NCBI GenBank assembly: GCA_963801355.1
Contig: CAWDEM010000004.1
Location: 960,001 to 1,024,000, forward strand
Reading direction: 5' to 3'
Length of the DNA stretch: 64,000 nucleotides
DNA from: Ignavibacteriota bacterium
GTDB taxonomy: Bacteria > Bacteroidota > Ignavibacteria > UBA10030 > UBA6906
Positions 20,478 to 29,337 of the stretch are shown here, in pieces; within the stretch, counting starts at the first letter, position 1, and each line of letters starts with the position of its first letter. The notes beneath the pieces were generated by a model, which worked only from the letters and a program-made list of their open reading frames with translations, ran no database searches and was not told where the DNA came from. The translations under genes were made by a program, and so were the position numbers.

Positions 20478-20672
20478 TCAGGACTGTTCGCTTGCGTTCC
20501 GCTGGGAGCGGCGGATGGCCTTCAGTTTCTTCATGCGCTTCTTGACTGACGGCTTGCTGAAGTAGGCCCGTTTCTTGAACTCCTTCAACACGCCCGAGCG
20601 CTCATACTTCTTCTTGAAGCGTTTGATCGCGCGATCGATGGGTTCATTTTCAGAGACGACGATACCAACCAA
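20478..20672 (-). CDS. rpsU: 30S ribosomal protein S21
   Basis: ENEPIDRAIKRFKKK...YFSKPSVKKR; TTG start with GGAGG SD. Confidence 0.95.
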   Translation of the reverse strand: MVGIVVSENEPIDRAIKRFKKKYERSGVLKEFKKRAYFSKPSVKKRMKKLKAIRRSQRNASEQS

Positions 20673-20692
20673 CCGGATTCACCTCCTCTCGG

Positions 20693-21085
20693 TTATTCGG
20701 GGCTATCGGGGCTGAAGGGAATATTTTCCATCAGCCGCCGTTCGCCGAGTTTTTGGAAAGAGACCACGATCGCACTCCCTCCCCCGGAGGTGCGTTCCTT
20801 CGAAACAATTTTCCCGATATCACCCCAGTCGGTATGGAAAATTGCCTGCCCGACAGCATAACTATTTTCGGGATGGTATTCGCTTGCCTCAGCGCGGTCG
20901 AGCTTGCGTTTGGATTCCTGTTCCGCGCGTCGCAAGTCCTCCAGGTTGATAAGGCTTGCATGCCTGCAACGGGTACAGCGGTACCATGATCGCTCGGGCT
21001 GCTGGTCGGTGGAGCCGATCAACTCCATCTTTGCGATGCGGTCGCAGTGTGCACAGTGGTGGAGAATATGCTTTCCCTTCGCCAT
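20693..21085 (-). CDS. Zn-ribbon plus Tudor-like domain hypothetical protein
   Basis: CAHC...CTRC followed by YAVGQAIFHTDWGDIGKIV...VSFQKLGERRL. Confidence 0.7.
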   Translation of the reverse strand: MAKGKHILHHCAHCDRIAKMELIGSTDQQPERSWYRCTRCRHASLINLEDLRRAEQESKRKLDRAEASEYHPENSYAVGQAIFHTDWGDIGKIVSKERTSGGGSAIVVSFQKLGERRLMENIPFSPDSPE

Positions 21086-21238
21086 CTGATCCTCCTGCGG
21101 AAGACAATACAGCAATGCCCCCGGAAGAGACGACAGGGGTCGCGGGATCCGGGCGGATGCGGCTCACTACACTTGTTCAATGTACAGAAAACGGCAGCGG
21201 AAGTCAACACAACTCAGGGGGATATGTCGGGGGTGTGA

Positions 21239-21436
21239 TCACACGAGAGGCAGATTCCGGTCGGTGCGCGGAGGAGGTTGCTGTTGTCGGGCGATATATC
21301 TCTCCGCTGCCCGTTCAAGCTCGGCGTAGGACGCAGAGGGCTGAGGACGGATGGTACTCCAGACGGTTTCGATGTTCAGGTTGAGGGCGCGGGCGAGATA
21401 GACCGCCTCGGCGTGGGTAGCGGGACGTGTCTGCAT
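21239..21436 (-). CDS. Small hypothetical protein (paralog A)
   Basis: AGAGGA SD; similar to 21453-21644. Confidence 0.6.
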   Translation of the reverse strand: MQTRPATHAEAVYLARALNLNIETVWSTIRPQPSASYAELERAAERYIARQQQPPPRTDRNLPLV

Positions 21437-21452
21437 GTTTCCTCTAGTGCTG

Positions 21453-21644
21453 TTATTGCATGTCTGTACTGTTGGGAGAGGAAAACCGCTCGAGCGGAAG
21501 CGGCTTCAGGCATATCAAGACCGCCATGACCAGCTCCGAGTATGAACTGTAAATCATGCCGCCGATGATATCCCACACGATTTCGACTTTCATGTTCATC
21601 GAACGGGCAATTAGCACAGCATCTGCGTGCGTGGCCTTTTTCAT
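21453..21644 (-). CDS. Small hypothetical protein (paralog B)
   Basis: AAGGAG SD; similar to 21239-21436. Confidence 0.6.
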   Translation of the reverse strand: MKKATHADAVLIARSMNMKVEIVWDIIGGMIYSSYSELVMAVLICLKPLPLERFSSPNSTDMQ

Positions 21645-21878
21645 GGCTTGACTCCTTCTGTCTGCCGCCTAAGCGGGGAGGATGTTGGGGAGACCGATGC
21701 TCCCCGGTGCTGTGACAATATACTATGGCAGGTCCCGCCACGCTGTGCCATGGCGCATGAGCACACATGAGACGCGACACCACTTGAAACAGGCCCCCCC
21801 TCTTGCCGCTCACGCCGACGTTTCGTATATTCCGCAGTCATTGCCGGATGTCCCGGCGTGCGGAATTCACTCCAATTC

Positions 21879-21952
21879 GGGCCCTTAGCTCAGTTGGTTA
21901 GAGCGACAGACTCATAATCTGTTGGTCGCAGGTTCGAGTCCTGCAGGGCCCA
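21879..21952 (+). tRNA. tRNA with CAT anticodon, probably tRNA-Ile2 (lysidine type); CCA not encoded directly after the discriminator
   Basis: GGGCCCTTAGCTCAGTTGGTTAGAGC...ACAGA-CTCATAA-TCTGT...GGTTCGAGTCC...AGGGCCCA; resembles ileX-type tRNAs. Confidence 0.92.
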
Positions 21953-22072
21953 CACCATTTCTCCCCCCCCCCACCTTGGGACATCCCGTCCCGGATTTCT
22001 GGCGCAGAAATTGCTTCGTCAATGAGGTGTTGAGACACGGAGCAACATACGTCCAGAACTCATAGGTTCGGT

Positions 22073-22453
22073 ATGAAGATTCTTTTGGTCGATGACGAAA
22101 GAGGTTTTCTCGCTATTATGGGGGATATTCTCCGTGAGAACGGGCACAATATCCTTCTCGCGGAAAACGGGAAACAGGCACGGGAAGCCCTGGAATTTGA
22201 GCGCGTTGACCTCATAATTTCCGATGTCTTCATGCCGACTCTCGATGGTGTCCGATTCCACGACTACGTGAGGGAGTTCACCGATGCACAGGACATTCCC
22301 TTCATTTTCATGTCAGGTTTTGATGACGAGCACACGCGCAGCCTGGTTGTGGACCCCGCGATTGACTTCTTTTTGAGCAAAACCACCCCGGTTGAAAAAG
22401 TTCTCGATCTTATCAATAGCCTGAAAATCGAAAAAGAGGCGAAACCGGGATGA
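22073..22453 (+). CDS. Single-domain response regulator (REC)
   Basis: ILLVDDE, LIISDVFMPTLDG, FMSG, FLSK. Confidence 0.92.
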   Translation: MKILLVDDERGFLAIMGDILRENGHNILLAENGKQAREALEFERVDLIISDVFMPTLDGVRFHDYVREFTDAQDIPFIFMSGFDDEHTRSLVVDPAIDFFLSKTTPVEKVLDLINSLKIEKEAKPG

Positions 22454-24261
22454 GCGCGCCTACCATGGACACGAAAGAACCGGTGGCTCAGGGAGGACGT
22501 GTCGGCCCGCATGTCATGGCGTCTTTCTTTGACCACCTGGTTAAGAATCAGATCATTACCCCCGCCCAGGCCGCCCAGGCGGCCCTGTGGAAAGACCAGA
22601 ATGTGGCGGAAAAGCGCACCATGGTCGAAATGATCGAACAGGAGTTCGGCATCAACCGCGATGTGGTGCGCCAACAGATTGCACAATATTACGCATTCAG
22701 GATCATCGACCCCCGCGACCGGTCGGTGCGCCGCCTACTGCCATCCGAAATCAACAAGATTCTTCGCGCTCTCCCGGAGCACGTGATGCAACAGCTCCTG
22801 AAAGCGCAGTTGCTTCCGTACGATCATGCCGAGAACCAGCCTGACAAGATTGTGTTGGTTACGCCAAACCCCTCCGATCGGGAGATCCACAAGCTGGCCC
22901 GTACACTCCCATACAAGAAATTTGAGATTTGCTATCTGAGGGAGGCCGACTGGATTGAATACTGGGGTGTGCTCACTGCTGAGCGTGAAAAGCCTACCCC
23001 GGAAAAAGTTGTTTCCCCGCCGGCCGAGAGCACCGAATCTGATTTCGAAAGTGTGATGGACCGCGAAATCAGCCGGACGCAGTTGAACTCACTGCTGGAA
23101 AATATCTTTGCAGACGCGTTGCGGAATCGTGCGACGGAAATCCATTTCATGCCGCTGGGACCACGGAGGACGGACGTCCTGTTCCGCCTCGATGGTCACC
23201 TTTCCCTCTGGGTCAGCATGGAGGATGTTCGATGCGAAGCAGTACCGACCGCATTGAAAATGTTGACGGGCAACATGGATCGTTATGAGCGGATGGCTGC
23301 CCAGCAGGGGATGATATTCAGGATGGTGGAGAAGATGCCGCTGCGCATGAGCGCGTCCAGTATCCCGATCGCTTCCGGTGATCCGGGCTTGCGCTATGAG
23401 TCGGTTGTGCTTCACCTCATCAGGGAAACAGAATCTGTACCTTCGCTGCGGAACATCGGACTCGACGCACATTCGGCAGACGTTCTGAACGCTGCACTCA
23501 CCGGCAGGCGAGGGATTGTCCTCTTTGCCGGCTTCGATCACTATGCCCTCCGCACGGCGATCGCCGCATCGCTGAAGTCGATAGTCAAGCCTGCGCTCAA
23601 CATCATGACGATTGAAGAACGGCTGAGCTATCTGGTGGACGGTGTTCGTCAGATCAAACTCAACCCGCGCCTCTCGGCAAGCGATGCCGTGCGCGCAATT
23701 GATGGGCATGATCCGGATGTTGTTTTCCTGGGAGAAATTGACGGCCCCGAGATCGCTGCAGTGGCGCTCCGGTTGGCCAATATTGGGCAATTGGTTCTCT
23801 GCAGTATCCATGCCCGTGACGCCGTCACCTCCCTGGCACGTCTGCTGCGCATCGTGGGTGACGGACTGGTCCTCGGTGATGCGTTGAGCGCCGTCGTGGC
23901 CCAACAAACCGTCCGGACACTCTGTTCCCGCTGCAAACAACAGCTGCAGCCGCCCTCATTGCCGCTCGCCATTGCGCATCTGAGACTCCGTGAGGGAGAA
24001 TCTGCGCCTTCAAAGGTCCATCGTGCCGTGGGATGCATCGACTGCCACGGAGGATATCTGGGTCAGGAGATGCTCTTTGAGGCGTTTCCCATAACCCCGG
24101 GGATTCGCGATATACTTGCGGGATCTGACGGGTGTCTGAACAACGATGCTGTCATCAAATCAGCCATGCTTGATGGTATGATCCCCATTCGCAACAAAGG
24201 GCTGGAATTGGTTGACAAGGGTCAAACCACCGTCGATCAGCTGCTTCACTTCGCTGTTTGA
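22450..24261 (+). CDS. PilB/GspE-like protein with degenerate ATPase motifs
   Basis: Colinear with the PilB at 27011; Walker A position reads AGFDHYALRT; retains DPDVVFLGE and CSRC/CIDC. Confidence 0.85.
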   Translation: MSAPTMDTKEPVAQGGRVGPHVMASFFDHLVKNQIITPAQAAQAALWKDQNVAEKRTMVEMIEQEFGINRDVVRQQIAQYYAFRIIDPRDRSVRRLLPSEINKILRALPEHVMQQLLKAQLLPYDHAENQPDKIVLVTPNPSDREIHKLARTLPYKKFEICYLREADWIEYWGVLTAEREKPTPEKVVSPPAESTESDFESVMDREISRTQLNSLLENIFADALRNRATEIHFMPLGPRRTDVLFRLDGHLSLWVSMEDVRCEAVPTALKMLTGNMDRYERMAAQQGMIFRMVEKMPLRMSASSIPIASGDPGLRYESVVLHLIRETESVPSLRNIGLDAHSADVLNAALTGRRGIVLFAGFDHYALRTAIAASLKSIVKPALNIMTIEERLSYLVDGVRQIKLNPRLSASDAVRAIDGHDPDVVFLGEIDGPEIAAVALRLANIGQLVLCSIHARDAVTSLARLLRIVGDGLVLGDALSAVVAQQTVRTLCSRCKQQLQPPSLPLAIAHLRLREGESAPSKVHRAVGCIDCHGGYLGQEMLFEAFPITPGIRDILAGSDGCLNNDAVIKSAMLDGMIPIRNKGLELVDKGQTTVDQLLHFAV

Positions 24262-24279
24262 GAGACGTGATATGGAATC

Positions 24280-24313
24280 ACACGGAGACTCAGATTTCTG
24301 AGTCTCCGTGTTT
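24280..24313 (+). terminator. Intrinsic terminator after the PilB-like gene
   Basis: Perfect inverted repeat ACACGGAGACTCAGA-TT-TCTGAGTCTCCGTGT followed by a short T run. Confidence 0.75.
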
Positions 24314-24351
24314 ACTTCACGTTCAGGATTCCGTCCAGCAACTTCTCTCAG

Positions 24352-24401
24352 GTCCTCTGCTTCAAGCCCCTGTATCCAGTCCTCTACCTCAAACCCCTGC
24401 A
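24352..24401. repeat. Two imperfect 23-bp direct repeats, 27-bp period
   Basis: GTCCTCTGCTTCAAGCCCCTGTA / GTCCTCTACCTCAAACCCCTGCA (19/23 identical). Confidence 0.65.
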
Positions 24402-24497
24402 CGGTAATATTTACCTCCAGTGGTAGAATTATCACCTGTCTGTGTAACCTCTCTGCCGGTGCCATGTCAAAACGAGTTCTTCGAATGAGGAGTGGGT

Positions 24498-24513
24498 TGG
24501 CACGGCAGTTGCT
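24498..24513 (+). promoter_or_regulatory. Sigma54 (-24/-12) promoter of the major pilin-like gene
   Basis: TGGCACG-GCAG-TTGCT matches consensus TGGCACG-N4-TTGCW. Confidence 0.85.
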
Positions 24514-24590
24514 GAAAATGAGCGCAGGAATTGAAAGAGGAAACGAGGAACAAGTACGTCACCCACTCATCAACCTAAAGGAGCTACACC

Positions 24591-24998
24591 ATGGGACAGC
24601 AGCAACTTCTTCTGATCATCCTCGGCGTTATCGTTGTCGGTATCGCAGTGGCGGTCGGAATCACGATGTTCACGGACAACGCAGTGAATGCCAACCGCGA
24701 TGCGGTCACCAATGACCTCGTCAACCTGGCTGCGCGTGCCCAGCAGTTCTATCGCCGTCCGACTGCCCTCGGCGGTGGCGGGAACTCATTTGTCGGTCTG
24801 ACCGGTACAACCGGCCTGGCAAAACTGACCAACCGTGCCGTCAATGCAAACGGGAGCTATACGATTCAAACTGCCGGATCGGCAACCGGTGTCGTGATCC
24901 GCGGCGTCGGGACCGAGCATTCCGATGCGTCCAACTTTGTAACGATGGACATCTACGTCTTCAACGACAAAGCGGATAGTGTGGTGCTGGTTCACTAG
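24591..24998 (+). CDS. Putative major pilin-like protein, leaderless
   Basis: MGQQQ plus hydrophobic helix, amphipathic helix and small beta-rich head; strong AAGGAG SD; T4P context. Confidence 0.75.
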   Translation: MGQQQLLLIILGVIVVGIAVAVGITMFTDNAVNANRDAVTNDLVNLAARAQQFYRRPTALGGGGNSFVGLTGTTGLAKLTNRAVNANGSYTIQTAGSATGVVIRGVGTEHSDASNFVTMDIYVFNDKADSVVLVH

Positions 24999-25015
24999 AA
25001 GCAGGTTGTGCGTGT

Positions 25016-25040
25016 AGGCCCCCGGAACAACCGGGGGCCT
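25016..25040 (+). terminator. GC hairpin after the major pilin gene (weak terminator or mRNA stabiliser)
   Basis: AGGCCCCCGG-AACAA-CCGGGGGCCT, no U-tract. Confidence 0.65.
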
Positions 25041-25070
25041 CGGATATGAGCAAAACGGAGCGGAAGAGAC

Positions 25071-25457
25071 ATGGGGAGTCAGCAGCTGTTGCTCATCATT
25101 GTCGGGGTGCTGATGATCGGTTTGTCGATTGCCATCGGGATCACATTGTTCTCTGATAGCGCTGCAGCGTCAAACAGAGATGCCGTTGGAACCGATCTGG
25201 AGTCGCACGCTTCGAAGGCGCAGGTGTTCTACCGGCGCCCCAAGTCTATGGGAGGTGGCGGCAGCTCGTTTGTGGGGTTCACGCTGACTGAACAGAGCGC
25301 GAAGAACCACAACGGGGAATATGATGTCTCTGGTGCAACCAGCTCGTCGGTGACGATTCAAGGGACCGGGCACGAGATCGGTTATGACCGGTCAACACCG
25401 GTGATGGTGGCCATCACGGTCACCCCGGACTCGATTTTGGTAACCGAATTGAACTAG
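25071..25457 (+). CDS. Second pilin-like protein, paralog of 24591
   Basis: MGSQQLLLII...NRDAV...AQVFYRRP..GGGG.SFVG shared with 24591. Confidence 0.75.
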   Translation: MGSQQLLLIIVGVLMIGLSIAIGITLFSDSAAASNRDAVGTDLESHASKAQVFYRRPKSMGGGGSSFVGFTLTEQSAKNHNGEYDVSGATSSSVTIQGTGHEIGYDRSTPVMVAITVTPDSILVTELN

Positions 25458-25481
25458 CAGCTGAAACGACAGGGGAGTCGT

Positions 25482-25578
25482 ACAGGGGATGTCCTCCCCT
25501 TGTTGGTTCGTGCACCTGAGATCGGGGGATCATCAGGTGGTGGAGGGCCGAGCCAACGAGGAGGGAGCAATGCCCTGT
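25482..25578 (+). ncRNA. Candidate structured RNA element upstream of pilC
   Basis: Nested stems ACAGGG/CCCTGT, CCTTGTTGGTTCG/CGAGCCAACGAGG, CACCTGA/TCAGGTG, GATC/GATC. Confidence 0.45.
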
Positions 25579-25615
25579 TTGCGTTTTCTGCACACAACAG
25601 CACGAGGGTGGCGCA

Positions 25616-26995
25616 ATGCCAGAATTCAGAATTGAAGGTATCACAGTCGCAGGGAAACCGGTGCAGGGCCTCCTGGAGGCAGATTCTCTCCGTGGAGCCA
25701 AGACGAAAGCATCGCAACTTGCAGCGCAGCGCAAATTCAAACTGGTGAAGGTCACCCAGCGATCGACATGGGTGTACAAGGTGCAACGGGGGACAGAAAA
25801 GCCGATTATCGGTGAGCAGAAGGCTTTCACCCGTGCCGAGGTCGAAGATGCATTGCTGAAAATGGGCTTCCGGGTTCTTCGCATCCAGAAGCGGCTCTTC
25901 AACTTCAAATCCAAACCGCCGGCCACCGAGATTGTGACCTTCGTGCGGGTGAGCGCCGATCTGATCCGGCAGAAGCTCCCCTTCAATGAGATCCTGCAGC
26001 TCCTCGTCAATGACCTGGAGAACCGCACACTGCGCGAGGCGGTCAAAGACATCAATATGGAGCTCAAACAGGGCAAGGACAGCGAAAAGGCGTTCGTCAA
26101 GCACGAAGCGGTGCTGGGGCGCTTTGCGGCCCACATGCTGGGCCTTGCTTCCAAGAGCGGGAACATGGCCGAGATTTATGAAAGCACGGCGAAGTTCCTG
26201 GAGCGGCAAACGCAATTCAAGAAGGACCTGCGCAGCGCACTGATCACTCCCATCGTGACACTCGTGGTATTGTTCGGGGCGGTGGTGTACTATGTGGCTT
26301 ACATCTTTCCGGCCACGGCGAAACTCTTTGTGAAATTCAAGATCGACCTGCCGCCGATGACGAAGGCGACGCTGGCCATGAGCGATTTTCTCGTAGACAA
26401 CATGCTCATCATTCTCGTGCTGACCGCCATTCCGATCATTCTGCTGGCGAGGTTCCTTGCGACGGAGCGCGGCCGCTTGCTGCGCGATCAGTACATCTGG
26501 CGCGTTCCCGTGATCGGCACGCTGTTGCAGAAAACGAGCATCGAGATCTTCTGCCGCGTGTTCTATGCGCTCTACAGCGGCTCGGGTGAGAATATCGAAG
26601 TCATCCGCATGGCCGCGGAGGCCTGCGGCAACAAGTATATGGAAGCCCGGGTCAAGAACGTTGCTATTCCCATGATGATCCAGAAGGGGGCGGGTATTAC
26701 GGAGGCGTTTGAACAGACCGGGGTCTTCACACGAACGGCAATTTCACGCTTTCACTCGGGTGCGGAAACGGGCACAGTGAAAAACACCGCCCTCCAGCTG
26801 GCCGAGTATTACGAGAAAGAAACGACGTACAAGATGCGCAATGTGATCGAGTTTATCCAGCTCTGGATCTCGATGGTCATCATGATCGTGCTGACAGCCC
26901 TCACGATTGTTTCCTCCGAGACAGCCACCATCCGCCCGAAGAATCCCGCGGCCGGCCAGGCAATCGAGCTGCGCATTGACAAACCCCTGACCTAG
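25616..26995 (+). CDS. pilC: Type IV pilus / T2SS inner membrane platform protein (PilC/GspF family)
   Basis: MPEF..G...GKPVQGLLEADS N-terminus, DLPPMTKA, PVIGTL, GAETG, LAEYYE; three TM segments. Confidence 0.88.
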   Translation: MPEFRIEGITVAGKPVQGLLEADSLRGAKTKASQLAAQRKFKLVKVTQRSTWVYKVQRGTEKPIIGEQKAFTRAEVEDALLKMGFRVLRIQKRLFNFKSKPPATEIVTFVRVSADLIRQKLPFNEILQLLVNDLENRTLREAVKDINMELKQGKDSEKAFVKHEAVLGRFAAHMLGLASKSGNMAEIYESTAKFLERQTQFKKDLRSALITPIVTLVVLFGAVVYYVAYIFPATAKLFVKFKIDLPPMTKATLAMSDFLVDNMLIILVLTAIPIILLARFLATERGRLLRDQYIWRVPVIGTLLQKTSIEIFCRVFYALYSGSGENIEVIRMAAEACGNKYMEARVKNVAIPMMIQKGAGITEAFEQTGVFTRTAISRFHSGAETGTVKNTALQLAEYYEKETTYKMRNVIEFIQLWISMVIMIVLTALTIVSSETATIRPKNPAAGQAIELRIDKPLT

Positions 26996-27010
26996 CGCAT
27001 AGACGGCACG

Positions 27011-28804
27011 ATGCCACCCATCGATATCACAGACAAGATCGGTTTCGCCCTCCTCAAGAAGGGTGTCATCGACTACGAAACGCTCGAGAAGTCCCTCAGG
27101 GTCAAAGATTCTGAAGACAAGAAGAACCGGAGAAACCTCGGGCAGATTCTGGTGAATGACTTCGGCGCCGACCATGATGCGGTGTTCCGTGAAGTGGCGG
27201 ACCTGTACGCCTTCCGGGAAATCTATCTCGCCGATGAACGGACCGACCGCAGCCGGATCGATTTTATCCGGAAGTACATTGATGTGCTCCCGCAGAATAT
27301 CCGGGAACTGGTCATGCAGACCAAGATGCTTCCGCTGAAGTTCGACGAGAAGCAGGCGGACAAGCTGATCATCATCGCTTCCGATCCGACCGATCGGCGC
27401 ATCCCGCTGATTGCCCGTGAATTCAACGCGAAGAAATACGAGATCGCCTATTGCCGGCTCAAAGACCTGCAGGCGTTGCTGGAGCAGGTCATCCCGCCCG
27501 AGAACGAATTCCTGCGGCAACTGGAAGTCAGCCAGGTCGGCATTCAAGTCAAAGAAGAGGAGGATGAAACCGCACTTGATGAGGATGCGCTGGAAGCGGA
27601 GATCAGCAAAAGCGCACTCGTCAACCTGGTGGAAGGTGCGCTCGTCGAATCGGTCCGGCAGGGCGCGAGCGATATCCACATTGTCGCAAAAGAAGGGAAC
27701 CGCACGGAATTCTGGTTCCGCGTGGATGGCGGCCTGAAGCTCTGGCATGCGCAGGAAAAGACGATGCCGGAAGCAATCGCAGCGGTCGTGAAAGACCGGT
27801 CAAAGAACGTCGACCGGTTCGAACGGGAAATGACACAGGATGGTTTCATCCAGCGCCTGATCGACGATCACATGATCCGCTTCCGCGTTTCCATCATGCC
27901 GATCGTCGGCATCGAGTTCCGGCACAAGTACGAAAGCATCGTGATCCGCGTGCTTGACGACCGCAAGGTCATCACCGATCTCACCAAGCTCGGGCTCATG
28001 GGGCCTTCGAATGAATTCTTCCATAAGGCGATCGAAAGGCCGCAGGGCATCGTCATTCTGACCGGTCCCACCGGATGCGGAAAAAGTACAACCCTGATCG
28101 CTGCACTGCATCAGGTGATCGATCCCAGCGTGAACGTGCTGACGGTGGAGGACCCTGTGGAGTACATCATCCGGGGAGCCCGCCAGCTGCGCATCGGTCC
28201 CAAGATGAACTTCGACCAGGCTATTCGCGGCATTCTTCGCCACGACCCCGATATCGTGCTCGTCGGCGAGATGCGTGACAAGACGACCGCGGAAATCGCC
28301 ATCAAACTGGCCAACACCGGCCATCTCACATTCTCCACCCTGCACACAAACGACGCGCCCAGCGCAATTTCCCGCCTCTACAAGATGGGGATTGAGCCGT
28401 TCCTGATTGCGTACGCCATCAACATCATCGTCGCCCAGCGCCTGGTTCGCACCATCTGCAAAGAGTGCAGACGCCCGCTCGGGAAGGACGAAATCGACAA
28501 GGACGTCTACCTGAAATTCGGCTTTACCGAAGAGGATCTGGAGCAACACACGATTTACGAGGCGATCGGATGCGATAAGTGCATTGGCGGATACAAAGGG
28601 CGTGCGGCGATTCACGAAGCCCTCTATTTCACGCGGGAAATCCGCAATCTCATCGCGAAGGCCGGAGAAGAAGTCGACGAGGAAAAATTGCGCGACCAGG
28701 CGATCCGCGACGGCATGTGGACACTCCGGCGGTCCGGCATCGAACGCATCAAGATGGGGCAGACCACACTCGAAGAAATCGCGGCAGCCACCACTGACGA
28801 TTAG
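27011..28804 (+). CDS. pilB: Type IV pilus assembly ATPase (PilB/GspE family)
   Basis: ASDIHI, GPTGCGKSTT, TVEDPVE, RHDPDIVLVGEMRD, TGHLTFSTLHTN, CKEC/CDKC; MshEN-like N-terminus. Confidence 0.93.
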   Translation: MPPIDITDKIGFALLKKGVIDYETLEKSLRVKDSEDKKNRRNLGQILVNDFGADHDAVFREVADLYAFREIYLADERTDRSRIDFIRKYIDVLPQNIRELVMQTKMLPLKFDEKQADKLIIIASDPTDRRIPLIAREFNAKKYEIAYCRLKDLQALLEQVIPPENEFLRQLEVSQVGIQVKEEEDETALDEDALEAEISKSALVNLVEGALVESVRQGASDIHIVAKEGNRTEFWFRVDGGLKLWHAQEKTMPEAIAAVVKDRSKNVDRFEREMTQDGFIQRLIDDHMIRFRVSIMPIVGIEFRHKYESIVIRVLDDRKVITDLTKLGLMGPSNEFFHKAIERPQGIVILTGPTGCGKSTTLIAALHQVIDPSVNVLTVEDPVEYIIRGARQLRIGPKMNFDQAIRGILRHDPDIVLVGEMRDKTTAEIAIKLANTGHLTFSTLHTNDAPSAISRLYKMGIEPFLIAYAINIIVAQRLVRTICKECRRPLGKDEIDKDVYLKFGFTEEDLEQHTIYEAIGCDKCIGGYKGRAAIHEALYFTREIRNLIAKAGEEVDEEKLRDQAIRDGMWTLRRSGIERIKMGQTTLEEIAAATTDD

Positions 28805-28813
28805 GTACGAAGC

Positions 28814-29317
28814 ATGGGACTCGGACAAACGCTGTTGAGTGTTTTCGCGCTGGCCCTGCTCGGGACAGCGATCCTGATGATGAACAACACTGTCTTTGAC
28901 AGCGGCACGGCAATAGAGACGTCGGAGTACTTCATCATGGGGACATCACTGGGCATTTCCCAGCTCGAGAGCGCGTCAGGGAAGGCCTTCGATGATCATA
29001 CCGTCTCCAACGATATCGCATCGCCTGCCGCCCTCACGATCACGCTCGGCAAGGAAATGGGTGAAACGGAGCCGACCTTTGATGACTATGATGATTACCA
29101 CGGCCTGTCCAAATGGGTGAACGGCGACTCCATCAACTTCCGGTCCGCCAGCTTCCTGATCAGGGATTCCGTGGACTATGTGACGATCTCGGGGAACACG
29201 GTGGTACCATCCGGGTCTCGAACGTACCATAAGCGCCTCCGGGTCTGGGTCTCGAGCCCGTCCATGCGTGATACGCTCAGGTTTTCATCGGTCTACAGTT
29301 ACTGGTATTTCCGGTAG
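28814..29317 (+). CDS. Putative minor pilin-like protein
   Basis: MGLGQ plus hydrophobic helix; FDDYDDY motif; follows pilB. Confidence 0.65.
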   Translation: MGLGQTLLSVFALALLGTAILMMNNTVFDSGTAIETSEYFIMGTSLGISQLESASGKAFDDHTVSNDIASPAALTITLGKEMGETEPTFDDYDDYHGLSKWVNGDSINFRSASFLIRDSVDYVTISGNTVVPSGSRTYHKRLRVWVSSPSMRDTLRFSSVYSYWYFR

Positions 29318-29337
29318 CTCCAACAAAGGAAGGCGCC

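Noticed and set aside
21963-21972. C10 homopolymer as a phase-variation tract
   Set aside because: Lies right after the tRNA, outside any CDS or recognisable promoter spacer; read-level data would be needed
24160-24465. Minus-strand 101-aa ORF with a repeated QG.E.ED peptide
   Set aside because: Overlaps a CDS end and a terminator; the peptide repeat simply reflects the 27-bp DNA repeat
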